Assembly (NCBI GenBank): GCA_022564195.1
Contig: JADFLW010000001.1
Span: 711 to 64,710 of the forward strand
Source: Patescibacteria group bacterium
Lineage (GTDB): Bacteria; Patescibacteriota; Microgenomatia; UBA1400; Chisholmbacteraceae
Direction: 5' to 3'
DNA: 64,000 nucleotides
The notes beneath the pieces were generated by a model. That model saw nothing but the letters and a program-made list of their open reading frames with translations, had not been told where the DNA came from and did not search any database. Position 1 is the stretch's first letter. Each line of letters opens with the position of its first letter. The position numbers and the translations under genes are program-made. Shown piece after piece: positions 37,712-47,306 of this stretch.

Positions 37712-38041
37712 GTGGAAGGAGGAATTTCAGATGCATTGGGAAGGCTAACATATTTCCTTCAATCTCCACTTCTAAACACTTCACGAGGAGGGACGCGATG
37801 TAGAGGATCTGCCATGACGGCAGCGGTGAATGTGACCTATGGTGGAGGCAGGACTGCGCGCTTTGAGGACCAGATCATCACGGGTCCTATGTCAGAGGGC
37901 GGAGATTCTGGTTCACTTCTGGTGGACGCCGATGAACTCAAGGCCGTGGGGCTGCTCTTCGCCGGTTCTGCTGGTCCTACCGGAGTCACCATCCACAATC
38001 CGATCGACGAGGTCCTCGGACTCCTGGGGGTGACGCTATGA
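37712..38041 (+). pseudogene. C-terminal fragment of an S1 (streptogrisin/alpha-lytic-like) serine protease; N-terminal His/Asp half absent
   Basis: ..TAAVNVTYGGGRTARFEDQIITGPMSEGGDSGSLL..GVTIHNPIDEVLGLLGVTL resembles S1E C-terminal half including GDSG serine motif. Confidence 0.4.
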
Positions 38042-38589
38042 AACTGAGTGAGCAAATCAACGTTCTATGACCCTGATAAGGGTTGGAACATCGAGCGAGT
38101 CTAGGGACTGAGAAGGGTACAAGAGCGACTGTTCCTTCTACAGCGCGATTCTCTCGACAGGCCGTGCTAGGGAACCTCATTCCGGTGTTCGATCTCGATA
38201 CCGAGGAGGTCGACGACGGCGACGAAGAGGAGTACGGCTCCTGAGAACCTTCATGAAAATTGAATAGGTTGCCCGCCAAATAATAGGGTACATACAAAAG
38301 GGGCGTTCCTACGTCCCAGGCTTTCCATCCAAGTCCAACTTGGTTGTAGATGGAACTGACTTTGCTTTGCTGAGTCAGACTCCGCTGGTCCAGGTCGGAG
38401 CTTGGTATGCAGATTCTTTTTGCAAAAGCGCCTTGTGATAAAGGATGATGAGAGTGAGAGGATTGGGTGTCGCAGTTGCGATCAACACAGCTGTAACTGT
38501 GATCCCTTTCTTTTCTCTCTCCTCTCACTCATCCACTTGGCGCTTTTTTGTTGGCCATTTTTCGTTACTTCTTTTTTACTCATGACTTT

Positions 38590-40860
38590 CTATTCATTCC
38601 TCATTGTTGAGGATTTTGTTGCCAAACGCTCCAAGGCGCGAGTGGCGGTGGGGTCGCCGGATTTAAACTCCAAGATCGCTTCGTATTGTTGGATCGCTTT
38701 TTCCGGTTGGCCGAGTTTTTCGTAAAGCGACGCGAGGGCCACTCTTGTCAGTTCGTAGTCGGGTTTGAGGGCGATTGCTCTTTCGAGTTCTTCCAACGCG
38801 CGTTCCGGCTCGTCTTGCTGCTGGTAGAAGAGACCCAGGTTGTAGGCAGTTTTGGGATCGGTTGGGGCAAGTTGCGCGGCTCTTTGGAGTGCTTCTTGTG
38901 CGAATTTCCTGTATGTTGGATCGATGCTGGCAAGATGGATCATCGTTGCGGCACGATTTTTGAGGTAATTGAGGTGCACTGGGTTTTGGAGGATGGTGAG
39001 GTCTGAGTGAGCTGCGGATAGTTCTGCGAATTGCGCTGCACTGGTTGCCTCGCCTGAGAGGTGAAGTGCCACTGCGGATCTTGCGAAGTCCAAGGCGAGT
39101 CTGTCGTGGAACAAGGGTTCATCTGGGACAAGGGCGTACGCCCGCTGCAAGAGGATGAGCCCCTCGCTCATCCGGTTTGAATCTGAGAGCCCTTTTCCTT
39201 GGGCGAACAGGCGGTCGGCATACCAGCGTTTTCCAACTTGGGAGAACAGATACAAGAAGAGAAAAAGTACGAGGGTTATAGAGACGGTTTGCGTGAACGT
39301 CAACTTTTCCTTCTGTTTTTTTGCGCCTAGGCGGAGCAGTCTCCAGCGAGGGAGTTCTTGGGTGCTTGCCACTGCGAAAGCTGGGAACATGAAGAACAGG
39401 AGGCCGGTGGTTACGGTGGAGAAGCCGAAGAAGTTTGTCACTGCTAAGCCGGAATATCCGGCCAGCAGTGAAATGAGTAATGAGTAATGAGTAATGAGTA
39501 ATACTTTATTTTTGAAGATTTGCTTGAGCGACCAAATGGCGAACCAGCCTTGGAGAAGGAGGTAGCTCCCCAGACCGACGCTGCCGGTGGTTGCGAGGAA
39601 GTTGAGGTATTCGTTATGGGCTTTGTTGTAGAGGAAGTCCCACTCGGAGACGAAGTTATGCTCCACGGGGCGAAAGTTGTAGTAGGAGTAGGCGAAGGTT
39701 TCCACTCCGGATCCAAAGATGGGCCAGTGGCGCCAGACGTCGATTGCCCCCTTCCAGACGATTCTCCGAATCTCTTCTGATGGGGTTCCCCCTACTGGGA
39801 GTTTTGGTGCTTCCTGCGATGCCGGTTGGGGAGCTCGTAAAGGTTGTGTTGTGAGTCGCTTTGCTATTTGGCTTAGGGAAGGGGTGAATGGGGTGCCGAC
39901 GAGGAGGGTGATGCTCAAGATAAGCGCCGAGGTTTTTACAAATTGCTTAACGGAGGAGTGTCGTTTTCTTATCAGAAGCAAGAGTCCCCAGTAAACTGCA
40001 TACATCAGGGTGAAGCCCAAGAGCCCCGAGCGGGATTTTGTGTAGAGGAGGGTGAGGTAGAAGATGGCAAGTAGAATATAGGAAACAGAGGTGGGAATCG
40101 CTCGGAGAGCAGCAATTTTTTGGTCGCTAACGGTTGTGGTCCTTGGGCGCCCTTTTGTTGAACGGCTAGCCAGGCCGATTGCCTGGCCTAAGCGACGCGC
40201 AAAATTGGCTCCCCGCGCGCTTTTGACTACAGATTCTTTATTGAGAAGGGGAATGAAGGTGAGGGGGGTGACGGTGACGAGGAAGGCGGCGAGCCAGTTA
40301 GGTTGGCCCAATGTTGAGAAGACCCTGTTGCGTACGTCTTGTACCCAATACTTGGCATCAATTCCGAAATGCTCGAGGATTCCGTAGATGGCAACGATGG
40401 TCGCCGATGTGAGGAGGATGAGGAGGGAGGCAGAAATTTTTTCCCTGCCCTCTCGCTTACTAGAAGTATTTGAATGGAATGATGAGAGGTTTGAAACAAA
40501 CGCGTAGTAGAGGAGGATGTAGGAAATGGTGGAAAGAAGCCCGCCGTGGAAGCGGGAGTAGTAGCCCCAGAGTGAAGTGTGTGGTTCGATGGAGAACAGG
40601 GTACTTGCGATCTGTGAGCCCAAGAACAGCAGGATTGGGATGTCAAACGGCGTTTTTCTTACAAAGAATCGTCTTTGAAGAATCATTTTGATGAGCCAAG
40701 CGGCAGCAATGATGGTGGTGGCAAAATACACCGTAAACATCTTGTTGAATTGAAACAGCTCGAAGTTGCCGCGGAGAAAGATGAGGGGGACGATGAAGAA
40801 GAGGGCGTAGAAAGTGTAGTGGATGATTTTGGAGGCAATTGTGTCGAGGTTCATAGGCAA
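38590..40860 (-). CDS. O-antigen ligase-like (Wzy_C) polytopic membrane protein with C-terminal TPR repeats
   Basis: ORF track; ~12 TM helices; ..NKAHNEYLNFLATTGSVG.. motif; TPR-like C-terminus; contains repeat 40099-40215 and heptamer repeat 39473-39500. Confidence 0.65.
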   Translation of the reverse strand: MPMNLDTIASKIIHYTFYALFFIVPLIFLRGNFELFQFNKMFTVYFATTIIAAAWLIKMILQRRFFVRKTPFDIPILLFLGSQIASTLFSIEPHTSLWGYYSRFHGGLLSTISYILLYYAFVSNLSSFHSNTSSKREGREKISASLLILLTSATIVAIYGILEHFGIDAKYWVQDVRNRVFSTLGQPNWLAAFLVTVTPLTFIPLLNKESVVKSARGANFARRLGQAIGLASRSTKGRPRTTTVSDQKIAALRAIPTSVSYILLAIFYLTLLYTKSRSGLLGFTLMYAVYWGLLLLIRKRHSSVKQFVKTSALILSITLLVGTPFTPSLSQIAKRLTTQPLRAPQPASQEAPKLPVGGTPSEEIRRIVWKGAIDVWRHWPIFGSGVETFAYSYYNFRPVEHNFVSEWDFLYNKAHNEYLNFLATTGSVGLGSYLLLQGWFAIWSLKQIFKNKVLLITHYSLLISLLAGYSGLAVTNFFGFSTVTTGLLFFMFPAFAVASTQELPRWRLLRLGAKKQKEKLTFTQTVSITLVLFLFLYLFSQVGKRWYADRLFAQGKGLSDSNRMSEGLILLQRAYALVPDEPLFHDRLALDFARSAVALHLSGEATSAAQFAELSAAHSDLTILQNPVHLNYLKNRAATMIHLASIDPTYRKFAQEALQRAAQLAPTDPKTAYNLGLFYQQQDEPERALEELERAIALKPDYELTRVALASLYEKLGQPEKAIQQYEAILEFKSGDPTATRALERLATKSSTMRNE
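39473..39500. repeat. tandem heptamer (ATGAGTA)x4 inside O-antigen-ligase-like CDS
   Basis: read directly; encodes ..LLITHYSLLISLL.. on minus strand. Confidence 0.7.
40099..40215. repeat. ~115 bp palindrome-containing repeat element, copy B (inside O-antigen-ligase-like CDS)
   Basis: aattttttggtcgctaacggtt..gccctttt..gctagccaggccgattgcctggcc..gcgcaaaattggc. Confidence 0.55.
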
Positions 40861-41079
40861 TCATTGTACCACGGGATTTGACAGTCTAAGGATTTCTGTG
40901 TCAGACCTGATCAAGCTGTGCAGCAGTTTTTTCATCGTTTAGAATCTCCAGGCGAATAACGCAGAACCTTCGCGAATACCTTCTCGCGAGCTTCAATGCT
41001 TTCTGCTATACTGAGCGCGGATTTTTCGTGAGATTTTGATTGTTTTTGATATCGTTAGACGGTGTATTTGTTCTGCCCA

Positions 41080-41094
41080 CCACGTCAAACGTGG
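41080..41094. promoter_or_regulatory. 15 bp palindrome CCACGTCAAACGTGG (copy 2), ~95 nt upstream of mreB
   Basis: read directly. Confidence 0.3.
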
Positions 41095-41189
41095 CTCTAC
41101 CGACTGTTTCATAGCGCAGCGTAGCCGCCAGGTTCTATGGGGCTCTTTGGGTGCGTTTTTAGATTACTTTTCTTACTCAAGGCTCGATC

Positions 41190-42284
41190 GTGTTAAATAA
41201 ACTTTTCGGACTCTTTAGCCACGACATAGCCATCGACCTTGGTACTGCCAATACATTGGTCTTGGTGCGCGGCAAGGGCATTGTGGTCCGAGAGCCTTCG
41301 GTTGTGGCGCGGCATCGGAAAACCAAGGCGGTGCTGGCGATTGGCTCCGAAGCAAAACGCATGGTGGGCAAGACCCCGCAAGCCATTGAAGCTCTGCGGC
41401 CGCTCCGCGATGGGGTGATTGCTGACTTTGATGCGGCAGAGGCGATGCTTTCGCACTACATTGCGCTAGTGCATGAGACCCATGGGATCATGCCACGGAT
41501 TCCTCGGCCGCGAGTGGTTGTGGGGATTCCTTCTGGGGTAACAGAAGTTGAGCGGCGGGCCGTGCAAGAGGTTTGTCTGTCCGCCGGGGCGCGAGAAGCG
41601 TATCTTATTGAAGAGCCGATGGCTGCCGCCATTGGGGCTGGACTGCCGTTTGAGGAGCCACAGGGGCACTTGGTTGTTGATATTGGTGGAGGAACTACGG
41701 AGATTGCGGTTATTTCACTGGGGGGGATTGTGATTAATCGCTCGATTCGGATTGCCGGTGATGAGCTCGATGAGGCAGTTCAGTCGTTTGCTCGTTTGAA
41801 GTTCGGAATGCTTTTAGGAATCGCGAGTTCCGAGGCAGTGAAGATTGCCGTGGGTAGTGCCTACCCCTTCGAAGATTCCGCAAAGCAGGGAGGTTCTTCT
41901 GAACATGAGGGAACGTCTTCTGGACCGTTGCAGGTTGTTGCTCGAGGCCGGGACCTTGAGACGGGTCTCCCGAGATCTTTCAAGATCAACAGCGTTGAAA
42001 TTCGTGAGGCTTTAGCACCGGTTGTGCGGCAGATTATTGAGAAAATCAAGGATACGCTTGAGGAGACACCGCCCGAGCTCATTGCCGACATCTTGGAGCA
42101 CGGAATCACGATGGCGGGAGGGAGTTCGCTGTTGCGAGGCATTGATCGGTTGATTGCGGAAGAGACGAAAATGCCGGTGTGGGTGATCGAAGACCCACAG
42201 ACGGCTGTGGTTCGAGGGTGTGGGATCCTTCTTGATGATGAGCGACTTCTTTCAAAAGTGCGGGTGAGAGGCAGCCTGAGGTAG
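41190..42284 (+). CDS. mreB: rod shape-determining protein MreB (GTG start; ~15 aa insertion near ..GSAYPFEDSAKQGGSSEHEGTSSGP..)
   Basis: ORF track; ..IDLGTANT.., ..VVDIGGGTTEIAVISLGG.. actin-fold motifs. Confidence 0.92.
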   Translation: MLNKLFGLFSHDIAIDLGTANTLVLVRGKGIVVREPSVVARHRKTKAVLAIGSEAKRMVGKTPQAIEALRPLRDGVIADFDAAEAMLSHYIALVHETHGIMPRIPRPRVVVGIPSGVTEVERRAVQEVCLSAGAREAYLIEEPMAAAIGAGLPFEEPQGHLVVDIGGGTTEIAVISLGGIVINRSIRIAGDELDEAVQSFARLKFGMLLGIASSEAVKIAVGSAYPFEDSAKQGGSSEHEGTSSGPLQVVARGRDLETGLPRSFKINSVEIREALAPVVRQIIEKIKDTLEETPPELIADILEHGITMAGGSSLLRGIDRLIAEETKMPVWVIEDPQTAVVRGCGILLDDERLLSKVRVRGSLR

Positions 42285-42299
42285 TGTATACTTGGCTCG

Positions 42300-42875
42300 A
42301 TGAAGCGAGTTGCCCAGATTATCTCGAGAGTGTTTGATCCCATCATTGAGGTTCCGCTTCTTTTAACGCTTACTGTGTGGTACGCCTATGTCAACGGGAT
42401 GGGATGGCAGTTTCTGGTCATTTTGCTGTTTATTGACACTGTTTTACCATTTCTTTTTTTCCTGCATTTGCTCCGCAAACACGAGGTCGACAGTTGGGAC
42501 ATCTCCCGTCGTGAACAACGCATCCCGGTGTATGGCTTTACCATGCTGGCTCATCTTACGGGTGTGGGTGTCGCCTTTTTGACTGGGCGGATGCAGGTTG
42601 TGCAGATCCTTTTTGTATTTTGGCTGTTGGGAATGCTGTTTTTTGCGATTACCACGTTTTGGAAGGTGAGCGTTCATGCCGGAGTGAACGCGGGGCTTGT
42701 CACATTTCTCGTGTTGGTCGCTGGTCCTGCGTACGCGTGGCTCTATCTTTTGCTCGTGCCTGTCGGATGGGCCCGTGTGTACTCAAAAAATCACAGTCTT
42801 GGTGAGTTCGCGGTTGGATCGGTCTTGGCTACTGGGGGTTTGTGGGGAGGATTTTGGCTGTTTGGGTTAACGTAA
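42300..42875 (+). CDS. PAP2-family membrane phosphatase (PgpB/BcrC-like)
   Basis: ORF track; ..KVSVHAG.. and ..RVYSKNHSLGEF.. resemble PAP2 motifs 2 and 3. Confidence 0.5.
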   Translation: MKRVAQIISRVFDPIIEVPLLLTLTVWYAYVNGMGWQFLVILLFIDTVLPFLFFLHLLRKHEVDSWDISRREQRIPVYGFTMLAHLTGVGVAFLTGRMQVVQILFVFWLLGMLFFAITTFWKVSVHAGVNAGLVTFLVLVAGPAYAWLYLLLVPVGWARVYSKNHSLGEFAVGSVLATGGLWGGFWLFGLT

Positions 42876-42890
42876 TGATGTTCGTTGAGT

Positions 42891-43679
42891 ATGAAACAGT
42901 TGGAGGTTTCACAGCCACTGCGGATGTTTGCTCTCTGGATTGCGGTTTCTGCGGCACTTGTTGGGCTGGACCACGCGGGTTGGGTGAGGGGAATGCGCGG
43001 GATCGCTGAGGCGGTGCTGCTCCCCTTTGAGCGAGCGGTTTTTCAGGCTTCCGATGTTGTGCGCAGCCCCTTTCAAACCTTGCGGTTCTGGCGCAGTGGC
43101 ACGGCGCGAATTGCGGATTTGGAGCGACAGGTTGCCGAGCTTACGGTTGACGCAACCCGTGTCATGCAGCTTGAGGAAGAGAATGCCGCCATGCGCAAGC
43201 TCCTCGGGGCGCCGCTGCCTCCCCAGTGGCGGTTCATTCCTGCCCCGCTCGTGGGTAGAGGAGAAGAGATCTTTCTCGGTGTGGGCACCCGAGAGGGAGT
43301 TCTCGTGGGAGATGTTGTGGTTTGGGGAGATGTGCTTGTGGGCACGATTTTGCAAACGAGCACGCGCCAAAGCAGCGTGCGTTTGCTCACGGACCCGAGA
43401 AGCAGTCTTCCAGTCTATCTTCCTTCCTCTGGTGCCGATGGTTTACTCGAGGGAAGGTTTGGATCCCAGATGGTATTAACTCAAGTTTTGCAGTCAGCGA
43501 ATCTTCGTGAGGATGCGCTGGTTGTGACGAGCGGCGCTTTTGGACCGCCCCGTGGATTGGTAGTGGGAAAGGTTCGTGAGATTCTTACCAATGAGACCGA
43601 TGTCTACCAAGAGGCTGTTGTGGAGCCGGTTGTGGATTTTTCTTATTTCATCACTGTTTTTGTGGTAAAGGAGCAATAG
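42891..43679 (+). CDS. mreC: rod shape-determining protein MreC
   Basis: ORF track (TTG at 42885; first ATG 42891); coiled-coil then ..GDVVVWGDVLVGTILQ..VVTSGAFGPPRGLVVGKV.. pattern. Confidence 0.78.
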   Translation: MKQLEVSQPLRMFALWIAVSAALVGLDHAGWVRGMRGIAEAVLLPFERAVFQASDVVRSPFQTLRFWRSGTARIADLERQVAELTVDATRVMQLEEENAAMRKLLGAPLPPQWRFIPAPLVGRGEEIFLGVGTREGVLVGDVVVWGDVLVGTILQTSTRQSSVRLLTDPRSSLPVYLPSSGADGLLEGRFGSQMVLTQVLQSANLREDALVVTSGAFGPPRGLVVGKVREILTNETDVYQEAVVEPVVDFSYFITVFVVKEQ

Positions 43680-43685
43680 CTAAAT

Positions 43686-44120
43686 ATGGGTATACTTTTT
43701 GCGCTTGGCGCTATTATCTTTCTTGCTATCCTCGGGAAGAGCCTGGTGGGATTTTCGCTGGTTCTGCCGCTTGTTCTTGCTGTAAGTTTTAAGGCCTCAG
43801 CCGAGCAAAGTTTCCTTTTGGCTTTCTTCGGCGGATTGGTGGTGGGTTTCGTTGATGGCTCTCTGCTTGGAAGGGACAGTGTGGGACTCCTTTTGGCTTC
43901 GGGCCTTATCCATCTTTATGGTCGGCGTTTTTCAAAGAAGCATTGGGCCTTTACCTTGGTGTTTGCCGCATTGGGGAGCGTTGCATACTCGTGGGTTTCA
44001 GGTAGGTACCTTCGTTTACCGCAGATTGCCATCGATGCTGGTCTCGTGGGAGCATCACTCCCCCTTGTATCTTGGTGGCGCGAGCGTTTTTTTCAAGATT
44101 CAATCGTTCTTAAAGTATGA
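43686..44120 (+). CDS. mreD: rod shape-determining protein MreD (putative)
   Basis: ORF track; small polytopic membrane protein in mreC-mrdA context. Confidence 0.55.
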   Translation: MGILFALGAIIFLAILGKSLVGFSLVLPLVLAVSFKASAEQSFLLAFFGGLVVGFVDGSLLGRDSVGLLLASGLIHLYGRRFSKKHWAFTLVFAALGSVAYSWVSGRYLRLPQIAIDAGLVGASLPLVSWWRERFFQDSIVLKV

Positions 44121-45844
44121 GTCCCTCCAAGCTTGGATACGTCTTTTCCGAGGAGCTACGAGAAGCGGCTCACAAGCCTACATCTCAGTTTTACCTCAAT
44201 CGCTTGCGCGTTTTTTTGACTGTTTTCATCGGCATTTTTGTGGTCTTGTTTGCCCGTCTTTTCTGGCTACAGGTTATTGAAGGCACGCGGAATCGGATTC
44301 TCTCTGAAGAGAATCGGATTTTGGCCCGGCGGATTCAGGCTCCACGGGGAGTGATTATGGACCGAAATGAGATGGTTTTAGTGCAGAATATTCCGGTGTA
44401 TAAAAAAGCGCAGAATCCAGCATGTGTCCGTGAGGATGGCTCCATTCCCGCTCCCCGTGCCGAAGGATGTCCGGAGTTTGTTGAGATCACCAGAGAAGAA
44501 GCCCTGCGTCTCGAAGCTTCGGGGCAGCAAGCAGAGGTACGTACGCTGGTTGGGCGTCGCTATGTGTATGGGCCGGAGATTGCCCATTTGACGGGCTTCG
44601 TTGGAGAGGTGAGTCATGAGGATCTGGCGGAGCGCAGTGATTACGCACTTGGGGATCTCATTGGAAAGTCGGGCATTGAGCGAATGTACGAGGACTTTCT
44701 TCACGGAAAAGATGGAGCCGAGCTGGTGGAGGTTGATGCTTCAAGTTCGGTTGTCCGTGAAGTTGCCAAAAAAGAGCCGGTGAACGGGAGGAACCTTCGT
44801 TTGACTCTCGATTATCGTTTGCAGCGCAAAGGGTTTGCGCTTTTGGATGACTATCGTGGGGCATTGGTGGCGCTTGATCCTAGAAATGGCGAGGTCTTGG
44901 CACTCGTTTCTCAGCCCACGTTTGATCCGAACGATGTTGCCCCTTCCCTGGATCGTGAAGATCAGCCGTTTTTTAATCGAGCAATCGCTGGATTGTATCC
45001 TCCAGGATCGGTCTTTAAAGTGGTGACGGCGACGGCAGGGCTTGAAGAAGGAAAGATTGATGCCTCCACCGAAATTGAAGACACTGGGGAGATTCGTATC
45101 GGGTCATATCGGTATGGGAATTGGTATTTTGATCAGTATGGAAGGAAAGAGGGGTTGGTGAACGTTGTGCGTGCGATGAAGCGTTCCAACGACATCTTCT
45201 TCTATCGGGTGGGTCAGCTGGTTGGTGCCACGACGCTTTCTTTTTGGGGAAAGGCCTTTGGGTTTGGGCAGGCCACAGGAATCGATCTTCCTGGTGAGGC
45301 ACAAGGGTTGGTGCCGTCGCCCCTGTGGAAAGAGAGGGAGAAGGGTGAGCGCTGGTTTTTGGGGAACACCTTTCATTTTGCCATCGGGCAGTCGGATCTC
45401 ACGTCAACACCTTTGCAAGTGGCACAGATGACAGCGGTGATTGCCAACGATGGGAAGCTCTGTCGGCCGCATCTTGCATTGGATGGTGTGGGGGACGAGG
45501 AGCTTTGCCAGGATCTTACGATCAGTGAAGAGACGCTCAGGCTTGTGCAGGAGGGAATGGTGGAGGCCTGTTTGCCAAAGGGAACGGCGTTTCCGTTTTT
45601 CAACTTTGGTGTAGAAGACGGAGGGGAGTTCCGACGGATTGAGGTGGGGTGCAAGACAGGGACTTCTGAGTATGGGGATCCTCAAGGGCGGACGCATGCC
45701 TGGTTTACCGTCTATGCACCAAGCAACAATCCAGAGATTGTTGTGACGGTGCTTTTGGAGGGGGCAGGGGAGGGATCGTATCAAGCGGCACCGGTTGCAA
45801 AGGGGTTTTTGGAGTATTATTTTAAAGAGATAAGCGCTGATTGA
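44117..45844 (+). CDS. mrdA: penicillin-binding protein 2 (peptidoglycan D,D-transpeptidase)
   Basis: ORF track; SVFK (SxxK) and KTGT motifs; N-terminal TM. Confidence 0.88.
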   Translation: MSPSKLGYVFSEELREAAHKPTSQFYLNRLRVFLTVFIGIFVVLFARLFWLQVIEGTRNRILSEENRILARRIQAPRGVIMDRNEMVLVQNIPVYKKAQNPACVREDGSIPAPRAEGCPEFVEITREEALRLEASGQQAEVRTLVGRRYVYGPEIAHLTGFVGEVSHEDLAERSDYALGDLIGKSGIERMYEDFLHGKDGAELVEVDASSSVVREVAKKEPVNGRNLRLTLDYRLQRKGFALLDDYRGALVALDPRNGEVLALVSQPTFDPNDVAPSLDREDQPFFNRAIAGLYPPGSVFKVVTATAGLEEGKIDASTEIEDTGEIRIGSYRYGNWYFDQYGRKEGLVNVVRAMKRSNDIFFYRVGQLVGATTLSFWGKAFGFGQATGIDLPGEAQGLVPSPLWKEREKGERWFLGNTFHFAIGQSDLTSTPLQVAQMTAVIANDGKLCRPHLALDGVGDEELCQDLTISEETLRLVQEGMVEACLPKGTAFPFFNFGVEDGGEFRRIEVGCKTGTSEYGDPQGRTHAWFTVYAPSNNPEIVVTVLLEGAGEGSYQAAPVAKGFLEYYFKEISAD

Positions 45845-45902
45845 CGCTGAGAGCAACGCTGAAGGACGCGGATGAAGCGTTTATCGGCGTAGCAATCCGC
45901 GT

Positions 45903-47030
45903 ATGTCAGCGTTTGAGTGTATGTCAGCGATCACTCAACAAGAACGGGCATATCGGGCGGCGCTGTATGAGGTTGATGGTATAGGGCCGGTGCGGATGCA
46001 GGTGCTTTTACACTACTTCGGTTCGGCGAGTGCGGTGTGGAATGTTCGTGAGAAGACGCTTTTGGAGATTGGTGTTCCTGTTGATGCGGTGGGTGAGCTT
46101 AAAAAGCGTCGTAAAACCGTCGACCCAGAGCAGCATCTTGCGGCGCTGGCAAAACTTGGGATCCGGGTTTTGGTTCCTGAAGATGAAGAGTATCCAGAAC
46201 GACTGCGCGAGATTGATAAGTCGCCGCAGGTCTTGTTTGTGCGCGGCCATTTTGATCATTCGGATCGGCGTGCGTTGGCTGTGGTGGGAACGAGGAAGCC
46301 GACCCCCTATGGTCGGGAAGTCACGCAGCGGTTGGTCGGACAGCTTGTTACCCATGGTTTTACCATTGTTTCGGGGTTGGCGCGCGGGATTGATGGGGTA
46401 GCACACCGGACAGCCCTTGAGTGTGGAGGGAGGACGATTGGGGTGCTTGGTGGAGGGGTGGATCGAGTGTATCCGCCTGAACATATTGGGCTCGCTGAGG
46501 AGGTTGCTAAGCACGGGGCGGTGATCAGCGAGTTTGCACCAGGCAAGCTTCCGGTTCCTGGGAACTTCCCAGCCAGAAACCGCATCATTTCTGGGCTTTC
46601 GTTGGGTGTGGTGGTGATTGAGGGAGCGGCACAGTCGGGAACGAAGATCACTGCCGGTCACGCTCTGGAGCAGGGAAGGGAGGTGTTTGCGGTTCCCGGG
46701 CCGATCACCAGTCAAAAGTCGGAGGCGACGGCTGATCTCATCAAAGCTGGGGCGAAGGTGGTGACGGACGTCTCTGACATCCTGGAAGAGCTTTCTTTAG
46801 AGGTCGGACCTGTATCCAGAGATGGTGATCGAAAGACTTCGATCAATTTGGACGCTTTGGAGGAAGAGGAACGGAAGGTTGTTGAGGTGTTAGCGGACGG
46901 GAATCTTCATGTTGATGATATTGTACGAGAGCTGAAGATGGAGACGGCTACGGTTTCCGCAACCTTGACCCTGCTTGAGATCAAGGGCATGGTTCGGCAT
47001 TTGGGGGGAATGGTGTACTCGAGGAGATAG
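45903..47030 (+). CDS. dprA: DNA-processing protein DprA/Smf
   Basis: ORF track; ..VVGTRKPTPYGREVT..SGLARGIDGVAH.. Rossmann-like DprA core. Confidence 0.82.
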   Translation: MSAFECMSAITQQERAYRAALYEVDGIGPVRMQVLLHYFGSASAVWNVREKTLLEIGVPVDAVGELKKRRKTVDPEQHLAALAKLGIRVLVPEDEEYPERLREIDKSPQVLFVRGHFDHSDRRALAVVGTRKPTPYGREVTQRLVGQLVTHGFTIVSGLARGIDGVAHRTALECGGRTIGVLGGGVDRVYPPEHIGLAEEVAKHGAVISEFAPGKLPVPGNFPARNRIISGLSLGVVVIEGAAQSGTKITAGHALEQGREVFAVPGPITSQKSEATADLIKAGAKVVTDVSDILEELSLEVGPVSRDGDRKTSINLDALEEEERKVVEVLADGNLHVDDIVRELKMETATVSATLTLLEIKGMVRHLGGMVYSRR

Positions 47031-47306
47031 CGTCCCCGTAAATCCCGACGAAATGTCAGGATACGGGGCAAGCGAGCGTAGAGCGTATAGGGTTAAGACA
47101 GATATGAATTGCTTGAGGGAAACGTGAAACTAGATGGACGGCCGTCCACTTGGATTCATGTTTTCATTGTTTTGTTCCACTGCTGGCTGTCAATGCATTC
47201 TCTAGGTAGCTTTTATCCTTATTGCATCGATATCGAAGTTTTTCCGCTTGACACTACCGTTATACTTTGAAAGAGTTTTATGGTGATGATCAATGAGTAG
47301 AAAGTA

